A DNA stretch of 64,000 bases from Candidatus Heimdallarchaeota archaeon. GTDB lineage: Archaea > Asgardarchaeota > Heimdallarchaeia > Heimdallarchaeales > Heimdallarchaeaceae. Made by a program: the position numbers and the translations under genes. Shown here piece after piece: positions 9,976 to 17,219 of this stretch (position 1 is the first letter of the stretch; every line of letters begins with the position of its first letter). The DNA lies in NCBI GenBank assembly GCA_019057375.1, contig DXJF01000011.1:58922-122921 (forward strand). Direction: 5' to 3'. Under the pieces are notes generated by a model, which saw nothing but the letters and a program-made list of their open reading frames with translations, was not told the origin of the DNA and made no database searches.

Positions 9976-10050
9976 ATGATGTACGAACCAAAATATGATC
10001 CTGAAGGCGGAGACGAAGGTATTTTACCACCTATGTGGTTCCCAAACTGA
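9976..10050 (+). CDS. acidic mini-protein, family copy 2 (24 aa)
   Basis: MMYEPKYDPEGGDEGILPPMWFPN*. The upstream block 9919-9975 is nearly identical to that of copy 1. Confidence 0.5.
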   Translation: MMYEPKYDPEGGDEGILPPMWFPN

Positions 10051-10054
10051 AAAA

Positions 10055-10153
10055 ATTTTAGTTGATGAACCTCTTTCTATAGCTAGCTTCAATATTTTTC
10101 TTAACAAGAATTTTTATTGTAAACTAAAATTAGCTGACAATAACTCTCCTAGA
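10055..10153. repeat. duplicate of the 23S rRNA 3' trailer/processing-stem half (97/99 identical to 20289-20387)
   Basis: Direct base-by-base comparison shows two mismatches. Confidence 0.9.
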
Positions 10154-10230
10154 TAAGGTATTTATTTTTGAGATGATTAACGGAAAAAGATAAATTTTGT
10201 CTTCTGTACTCTCAGTAACCATCTTAGTAT

Positions 10231-10842
10231 TTAATTCACTTGAGAGATTAATTCTTTTCTTTTAAATATTGAAGTATATTTATTTTGAATTCGAGAAGTT
10301 GGTTTCCAATCTGAATTGTTATTATGTCCCTTAAAACTACGGTATACTATGCGTTTTCTGCCTTTACCATCAATGAAATATCCATTAAACAATACTTTTC
10401 CAAATTTCCAGTCAGTTGAATCTTTTGGGATTATAACTGAAACTATTTGAACATTTCCATTATCGGATTTTATCGGAAATGCTTTCTCATCCTCATAATC
10501 TAGAGGAGGAGAACTCTCATAAGACGGATAGATTGCAATTTGTATCTGTAATTTAACTAAGATACTTATACTCCCAGGATTTTTAAAACTAATACGAAGA
10601 AAATGTGTAACAATATCTTCAGAATAACGAGATTGTTTAAGCCCACTTTCTACAAGTTTTATCCAAAATATTGCTAATTTTGGTTCATTGAATCTAGTTT
10701 TTCTTCTTGTATAATATAAGCTAATGAATGATGCTACTAATGCACAAATAGATATAATGTCCAAGCTTTCCATTGTTTTGAGATCCCTATTTAAATTAAT
10801 AGCATATATGAAATTTACAAATTGATTGAATGAAAGTAACAT
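10231..10842 (-). CDS. hypothetical membrane-anchored protein
   Basis: One N-terminal TM helix (LDIISICALVASFISLYY). The real start is probably the internal Met MESLD. Confidence 0.4.
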   Translation of the reverse strand: MLLSFNQFVNFIYAINLNRDLKTMESLDIISICALVASFISLYYTRRKTRFNEPKLAIFWIKLVESGLKQSRYSEDIVTHFLRISFKNPGSISILVKLQIQIAIYPSYESSPPLDYEDEKAFPIKSDNGNVQIVSVIIPKDSTDWKFGKVLFNGYFIDGKGRKRIVYRSFKGHNNNSDWKPTSRIQNKYTSIFKRKELISQVN

Positions 10843-10962
10843 GTTTCAGACAAACAATATATTACTCAAACGTATTTAAAACCCAAAAAAATTCTACTAT
10901 AACTAGCTTCAAAATTCACTTAACAACTATTTTTAGTTCACAAAAAATAGTTGTATATTAAC

Positions 10963-12534
10963 TCAGTCATCTAGAGTTATAAAATCCGTAAGAAGTTTCT
11001 GTTGAGTTGAAAATGTTCCATCTTTAAGTCTCTTAATATCATCTATTATTCTTGAAATTGTTTTTCTGTTTTGATTAGTAATTTTATGTTTTAATTGTTC
11101 AACAAGTTCGTCACTTGAAATTAAAACAAATTTCTTTTCAGAGTTATTCTTTGTTTGTGATTCTACGTACAAGCACCAGAATTTCACATTTTTGGCATAT
11201 TGAGGATAAATAACTAAGTCTTTATGTGTTAATGCTAAGGGGGATTTTTTGACTTCTATAATTTCTAATGAACCATCAGGCTCTTCTATAAGTATTTCGG
11301 GTAATATCCAATTTCTTTCTTCAACCTCTGGCGTCTCAATCTTTGGTTGCCACTCCCATTTTTTTCCCTTAAATAGTTGTTGCGCAATTCTGTGACAAAT
11401 CCTTTCCCATAGATATCCTATTATCTCTACACCACCCACTAGATTACAAGAAGGACACCCCGATTTGTTATGGACTCTATTGTTGATTCTTGCTACCCAC
11501 ACATGTTTAGAATTTTTCGAACATTGCCACCACACTTCTCTGTGAGAACCTCCAATTACTTCTTCTGGTGTCAATCCTTCATTTTTTGTTGGATGCCACT
11601 CTTTTGCTATTTCTGGATAAAGAGTTTGTAGTGAATTAAATGGAGATAATCTTCTATGAGAACATATTGGACAACCTGTTTTATATGGCCCAGTTCTATG
11701 ATATACTTTAGAATCCCACACATGTTTAGAATTTTTCGAACATTGCCACCACACTTCTTTATCAGATCCTGCTATTATTTTTTCAGCTGTAAGTTCTCCA
11801 TTTAGTGTTGGATGTAGTTCTTTAGCTATTTCAGGAAATTTTGTAGCAAGAGAATTCGTAACTGAGACTTTTTTATTTGCACAACAAGGACATCCATAAC
11901 CTCTTCTAGTTCTACTATCAATAACTGCTCTCCAAATATGATCTGGTCCTTTATCACAAATCCAATAAACTCTTCTTCCTGAACCAGGAGATACTTGATT
12001 TGGAAGAATCCCTCTATTCTTATCATAAAACCATTGAGCACCTATTTCTGGGAACAATGCTTCTAAAGATTCTTCTTCTAAAACTAGTTTTCCTGAACAA
12101 TATGGACATCCTGATTTATTTATACCGCTTCTATCATTTATTTTAGCAGGCCAGTTATGTTTAGGGTTTTTCAAACATTGCCACCACACTTTTTCACTAG
12201 ATTTCATAATTGCGTTTTCAGGAGTAAAATCTCCATTTTTTGTTGGATGCCATTCAGCTGCTACTTCTGGAAAGTTGATTGCTAATGAATTTGTAACTGA
12301 AACTCTTTTACTAGCACAAAATGGGCATCCTGTAATTTTTTTTACTCCGGTTCTGTTGTTTGGACTAGTTGGCCATTCATGGTCTGGTCCTTTCTCGCAT
12401 TTCCACCAAATTGGTTGTTTGGAACCATAGGAAATATTTTCGGGTTTTAAGTTTCCATTTTTTGTTGGATGCCATTGTTTAACTAGTTCAGGAAAATCAG
12501 CAATAGTTTTAGTTTCAATTTTATTCTTTGACAT
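10963..12534 (-). CDS. five-fold treble-clef zinc-ribbon repeat protein with C-terminal PD-(D/E)xK-like nuclease domain
   Basis: It has five repeats of WHPTKNG-x-L-x-PE...VWWxC...H-x-W...GCPxC, resembling the 'probable zinc-ribbon' DUF4379-type repeat. The C-terminus has EEPDGSLEIIEVKK, a PD...ExK pattern. Confidence 0.65.
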   Translation of the reverse strand: MSKNKIETKTIADFPELVKQWHPTKNGNLKPENISYGSKQPIWWKCEKGPDHEWPTSPNNRTGVKKITGCPFCASKRVSVTNSLAINFPEVAAEWHPTKNGDFTPENAIMKSSEKVWWQCLKNPKHNWPAKINDRSGINKSGCPYCSGKLVLEEESLEALFPEIGAQWFYDKNRGILPNQVSPGSGRRVYWICDKGPDHIWRAVIDSRTRRGYGCPCCANKKVSVTNSLATKFPEIAKELHPTLNGELTAEKIIAGSDKEVWWQCSKNSKHVWDSKVYHRTGPYKTGCPICSHRRLSPFNSLQTLYPEIAKEWHPTKNEGLTPEEVIGGSHREVWWQCSKNSKHVWVARINNRVHNKSGCPSCNLVGGVEIIGYLWERICHRIAQQLFKGKKWEWQPKIETPEVEERNWILPEILIEEPDGSLEIIEVKKSPLALTHKDLVIYPQYAKNVKFWCLYVESQTKNNSEKKFVLISSDELVEQLKHKITNQNRKTISRIIDDIKRLKDGTFSTQQKLLTDFITLDD

Positions 12535-12598
12535 CCAACCAGACCTTTCTTCTTCTTATTCCTGTATATCTAGAAGATTTTGCTTCTTAAAGTTAGTT

Positions 12599-12619
12599 TC
12601 TGATCGAACCAATTTCCAT
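12599..12619. repeat. second piece of the duplicated 23S trailer (matches 20389-20408 with one 1-nt indel)
   Basis: tctgatcgaaccaatttccat compared with tctgacgaaccaatttccat. Confidence 0.75.
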
Positions 12620-12830
12620 ACACATACTATGAAGCTCATCCAAGTTTATTATAACTTGAATAGTCTTGACGAGTAGTTATCTCGTTCCCCTCGTATGTGG
12701 AGAGGGGGAATTTGATTTTAACAATTGCTCACCCTTATCTTTTACATTTTTTGCTGCATTTATGTGAGTATTCACCATTTTACCACACTTTTTACATTTT
12801 GCGATGTCATAAGAACCAATTTTTCTTTCG
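12599..12830 (-). ncRNA. candidate omega-RNA (reRNA) of the TnpB-like gene, with its guide in 12599-12619
   Basis: By analogy with IS200/IS605 TnpB, the scaffold would overlap the gene's 3' end. Hairpins are CCCCTC/GAGGGG (12687-12707) and CAAGTT/AACTTG (12642-12659). Homology to the rRNA trailer begins abruptly at 12619. Confidence 0.3.
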
Positions 12831-14578
12831 ACTTTTCCTCCACAACCATTATGTTTTGTACTTGTTCCTCTTGGATTAACATAAACAAGTTTAACCTTAT
12901 ATCCAAGTATTGAAGACGCTAATAATACTGCTTTTTCAAATATTTCTTGATTATCAGGCATATTGTATATTGCTTTAGCTAAAGCTCCTCTTTTTCCTCT
13001 AGGATCTATTTGAAAGTCTTCGACACAAAGTAGATTACTCTTATTTTTTACAATTTCAGCAGCAATGAAATGAGTTGCAAAATTTTTAATTTCTTCAAGA
13101 ATGTTTTTCCTTCTTCTGTAGACTCTGTACAATTCTCCCTTAGTCTTAACATACCCTCTAGTGTCTTTCTTCTTTCCCTTATTCGTTAAACTATAGCTCA
13201 ACTGAGGGATAATAACATTTGATAGTTTATTGTATTTTCTAGCTAGAAGCAACAAATTCTTTGATAAGGGCTCTTTGTTAGAAAGCGCAATCATATGTTC
13301 ACTAACTCGGTTAATATCTACTCCTATGGATTTTACTTTCTTTGTACTCCCTTTCTTTGACAATTGCTTGAGAAGTTTTGTACTAAGAAACTTACTGGGA
13401 GTTCCTTCTATAATAACAGAAACTCTAACCTTATAGCTAGGTGAACTGTTGCTGCGAATGAGCAATGATCTAATTCGAGCTCCTTTGTTAAGATATTCTA
13501 AGATTTTCTTTGAAAAGATAAGCTTACATGTAATTCTAGGGAATCCTCTAAGAACGAATCCCAACTCGAAATACCCATCTTTTCTTGCAAGTTCCGTCAT
13601 AACTTTTGAACTACCAGGTCTGAGAACAACATGTTTTGGACACATAATTAGTTGGATAGGTAATCTTCCTTTCTTTTTCTTTCTAAATGGTGGATGAACA
13701 ATTTTAGTTGGGTGAGTTTTCTGAATTATTTCTATAACAGTCTTCTCTAATGTAGAGTAGAGTGCGAAGATCACTATTGCTCTTAAAGCAGAAAATAGTC
13801 TTCTATTTTTCTCACCTATTGATTCAGCAATTCTTTTACTTAAAAATTTCAAGCTTTTCCAACGAGAAGGATGTACAGTATTATTCCACGAAGTAAGAAG
13901 AGGTGCTACAATATCCGCCTTTAAAGCTAACAAACGTAAGTTTTCTAGAAACACATTTGTTTTTGAATTGATTGGTTTTGATGTTAGTTCTAGGCATTTG
14001 GACTTATTACACTTCTGTATCGCTCTTTCGAATTCTTTCTGTGCTAAAAGTGGAAGCATAGTGTTGAATTTTAATCGTTGATTGCAAAATTTGTCTATTT
14101 GCCTTCTTGTACTGGTTAGTACATTGATTACATATAATCTCTTTACCTTCCATCTGTAGATAAGAATACTTTCAATTCTAGGACTTCTTCCAAAAATATA
14201 CCATTCAATTGCTTGCTCTTTCCAATTCGACATTAAATCGAAAAATACTTCAACTTTCCTCTCTAAGGTAACTGTGCCTTTGGCTGCTAAAAATAAGTAA
14301 GTATATGCACTATCAGCAATACTAGGACTCTTCTTTGTGATTCTTTTGATGTTAGTTAAACCCACCATATTCGGCATTTTGGGTTCATTTCTTGCAATTG
14401 ATAATGCAGCGTTTATTGCCTTTTTATCATGAATTAAATCTTCTTGTCTGACTTGCAAACCTTTTACTCTTTGGTTAGCTTCTTTTTCTTGTATTCTACG
14501 TTTCTCTCTAGTACCCTCAAACCTAACACCCATTTGATAAGTGCGAGTGACTAATGTTTGCTTTGTTTGAGAGGACAT
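12677..14578 (-). CDS. tnpB: TnpB-like RuvC/zinc-ribbon protein with a long N-terminal extension (633 aa)
   Basis: RuvC-I is IGVDINR, RuvC-II is LLCVEDFQ, the zinc ribbon is CGGK...CKKCGK, and the C-terminal block is NTHINAAKNV. No tnpA is adjacent. Confidence 0.8.
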   Translation of the reverse strand: MSSQTKQTLVTRTYQMGVRFEGTREKRRIQEKEANQRVKGLQVRQEDLIHDKKAINAALSIARNEPKMPNMVGLTNIKRITKKSPSIADSAYTYLFLAAKGTVTLERKVEVFFDLMSNWKEQAIEWYIFGRSPRIESILIYRWKVKRLYVINVLTSTRRQIDKFCNQRLKFNTMLPLLAQKEFERAIQKCNKSKCLELTSKPINSKTNVFLENLRLLALKADIVAPLLTSWNNTVHPSRWKSLKFLSKRIAESIGEKNRRLFSALRAIVIFALYSTLEKTVIEIIQKTHPTKIVHPPFRKKKKGRLPIQLIMCPKHVVLRPGSSKVMTELARKDGYFELGFVLRGFPRITCKLIFSKKILEYLNKGARIRSLLIRSNSSPSYKVRVSVIIEGTPSKFLSTKLLKQLSKKGSTKKVKSIGVDINRVSEHMIALSNKEPLSKNLLLLARKYNKLSNVIIPQLSYSLTNKGKKKDTRGYVKTKGELYRVYRRRKNILEEIKNFATHFIAAEIVKNKSNLLCVEDFQIDPRGKRGALAKAIYNMPDNQEIFEKAVLLASSILGYKVKLVYVNPRGTSTKHNGCGGKVERKIGSYDIAKCKKCGKMVNTHINAAKNVKDKGEQLLKSNSPSPHTRGTR

Positions 14579-14712
14579 AGTGTAACTGTTAATATTATAT
14601 GTACTTTCATTTATAAACTGAGAAAAAAAGATGATTCTTCTTGAATTATTATTGTATTACTTCTGTACCATTTATTTTTGTTTTTTTACTCTTAATAAAC
14701 AGTACATATGTT

Positions 14713-17172
14713 CTATGATAATTTTAACCAGAATTCAAAATCATCTAAAACTTTGATGTGTTTGTCTCCTACGATTACATCTGCAAGAATTTCCAAAGGA
14801 ATTTCCTCGTTATGTCCTTGGCTTTTAGCTTGAATTATATTCAGAGTGAAATCCCAATCATATGACCTTTTATTATCTAATAACAGTTTCTTGATCTCCT
14901 TTAAACCTTTTATTCTAATCTCATCGTCATTTTCATGAGCATAAAGATAGAAGTAGTACTCTAATTCAATCGATTCTTTAAATCTTGATTTTTCTATGTA
15001 CTTCATAGCTTTATCTAGGTATTCAAACCCTTCTTCCCTTCCTTGAGAAAGAAGTAAAGATGCATAATTAATCAAGTTATTTGCATTTTCAGAATCTATC
15101 TCATTTGCTTTGTTAAAATACTTCTCAGACATTTCAAGATTCTTGAAATCATGATACATTAGCACTGCAAGTTGTCCCCAAATCTCTGCATTCTTAGGTT
15201 CAATTTTTATTGCTTTCTTCAAATGGGATTCAGCCTTTTTATAATCATTATAAATCTTAGACACGAAATATGAATAATTATAATGACCAAATGCATTGTT
15301 TGAATCTAACTCAAGTGCCTTCTTATACATCTTTTCTGATTCTGAATAGCGTTTCACTCTTTTCTGCAGGAATATAGCATAATAAACATAGTACGTAGAA
15401 TTTTCTGGAGATTTCTCAATTGCCTCTTTTAGGTATCTCTCCGCTTTTTTATAATCTCCTAATTTCTCTGAATAAAAATATCCTATATCTAGAATATATT
15501 CAGCATTTTCAGGATTCAAAACTAGTGCTTGATTATAATATGAATTAGCTTTTTTGATATCCTCTCTTGAATAAGCTAGAAACCTTGCATAATTTAAAAC
15601 TCCACGTGAATAATTAGGATTTGTATCAATTGTTTTTTCAAAATACTCCTCCGCTAGATTATAGTTTTTCCGAATTTTTTCTTGAAATAAAGCATAACCT
15701 TCTAAAATTGTTGGCATATTAGGAGATATTTCTAAGGCTCGTTTGTAATACTCTTCAGCCTTTTTATAGTTTTCATCATCCTTGACAATTTCCCATAAAA
15801 AGCCTGCGTAATTACTTAGGTTTGCAGAACTGTGTGGGTTCAATTCCAATGCTAATTTGTAGAATTCTTCTGCTAATGTGTGATTCCCCACTATTCTATG
15901 CAGGAAACTTGCATAATTTACTACTAAAGCTGGAAATTTTGGGGCAACAGATAGTGCTCTTTTGTATATTTTCTTTGCCTTTTCGATGTTTAATGTAGAC
16001 TGTAGGAAGAAAGCATAATTAGTTAAAAGATTGATATTATTTCCAAAGATTTTCAGACCACTTTCATAAATGTCAATGGCTTTATCAGGATTCTTCCATT
16101 TCCATTCGGCAGCCTTCAACTCAACGTATTTCCAAGCTAGTAATTCTTCGCTTAGTTCAGATAAAGCAAACGAAAAAGCTACTGAAAATTTCTTTTGTTC
16201 CTTCGGATTTTTTTGTTCAATATCTTTTGGTATCTCTCCTAATCGTTCATAAAATTGATTAATAAGTCCTTCAATTCTTTCTTTGTCTGGAAGTTTCAAA
16301 GAAAATTCCTTTAGAATCAATAGCATTAGTTCATCAAAATCTCTATGCTGTATCCATACACCATCCCTATCTTTAATCCAATTACCTAGTTTGGTGTTTG
16401 GAAACTCATTTCCTATCCAATAAACTCCCCATGGAAGAGCGCTTTCGGGGAGTTTTGAAAGAATTTCGGCTATGCTCCCGTCATTTCCACCATATCCCAT
16501 GAATATAAGTCCTGTATCAGAAAGAACCTTTTGAATAGCTACTTTAGTGTTTTTTGCAAGAGTCTTAGTTTCAATTTCTGTATTTTTTGGCTCAAGTCTA
16601 GCATCACCATGAAGTTTAATGACTAAAGGTTTCACCCTCGAAGATCTTACAAAACCTGCTAAAGTGTCATGCACAATTACAAGTGGTTTTTTATTTGTGT
16701 ATAGATATAATGCATCTGCAATTAAATCATCAAAATTGACAGTCAAAGCTACATTACAATGCTTTCCATATTTTTCATCTGACATTAAACAAGAAAGGAC
16801 ACCATAACCAAATCCTGGATCTTTTTTATCAATTATGTTCTCAATTTCCTTTTGCCTTTCTTCAGGTTTATGAAATAATAATTGAATTATTTTACCATAA
16901 AATAAAGCTGCTTGAGAGTCATCATAATTTGGGAGAATCTCTTTGATATTTTGAAGAGAATAATCTGCATCTTTTCCTTTTCTCTGCCTAATTAATCGAA
17001 AGAGCCATCTTTTTGCGAGTTCTCCTGCTGTTGGAATACCTGAAGAAACAGAACACCCCGCTCCAAGAAAGAACACATATTTGCATTCTTCATAATTATC
17101 CATATTGTATTTGATTTTTCTTATGAATTCTTCAATATCCATCTTTTTTATTTCTATATTTGCTCCTTCCAT
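14713..17172 (-). CDS. SIR2-family (SIR2_2-type) domain fused to about 11 TPR repeats
   Basis: The N-terminus has FFLGAGCSVSSGIPTAGELA, TVNFDDLIADAL, VIKLHGD and FMGYGGNDGSI. The C-terminal 450 aa consists of repeated A-x3-Y-x-K/R-AL-x3-P TPR units. Confidence 0.78.
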   Translation of the reverse strand: MEGANIEIKKMDIEEFIRKIKYNMDNYEECKYVFFLGAGCSVSSGIPTAGELAKRWLFRLIRQRKGKDADYSLQNIKEILPNYDDSQAALFYGKIIQLLFHKPEERQKEIENIIDKKDPGFGYGVLSCLMSDEKYGKHCNVALTVNFDDLIADALYLYTNKKPLVIVHDTLAGFVRSSRVKPLVIKLHGDARLEPKNTEIETKTLAKNTKVAIQKVLSDTGLIFMGYGGNDGSIAEILSKLPESALPWGVYWIGNEFPNTKLGNWIKDRDGVWIQHRDFDELMLLILKEFSLKLPDKERIEGLINQFYERLGEIPKDIEQKNPKEQKKFSVAFSFALSELSEELLAWKYVELKAAEWKWKNPDKAIDIYESGLKIFGNNINLLTNYAFFLQSTLNIEKAKKIYKRALSVAPKFPALVVNYASFLHRIVGNHTLAEEFYKLALELNPHSSANLSNYAGFLWEIVKDDENYKKAEEYYKRALEISPNMPTILEGYALFQEKIRKNYNLAEEYFEKTIDTNPNYSRGVLNYARFLAYSREDIKKANSYYNQALVLNPENAEYILDIGYFYSEKLGDYKKAERYLKEAIEKSPENSTYYVYYAIFLQKRVKRYSESEKMYKKALELDSNNAFGHYNYSYFVSKIYNDYKKAESHLKKAIKIEPKNAEIWGQLAVLMYHDFKNLEMSEKYFNKANEIDSENANNLINYASLLLSQGREEGFEYLDKAMKYIEKSRFKESIELEYYFYLYAHENDDEIRIKGLKEIKKLLLDNKRSYDWDFTLNIIQAKSQGHNEEIPLEILADVIVGDKHIKVLDDFEFWLKLS

Positions 17173-17219
17173 TAATAACAGATATTAATTTTCAGCTATA
17201 TAAATCTGTGATAATACTA

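Noticed and set aside
10963-12534. Regularly spaced DNA repeats of about 180 bp, considered as a CRISPR-like array
   Set aside because: The repeats are in-frame protein modules (zinc ribbons) within one long ORF, not a repeat-spacer architecture.
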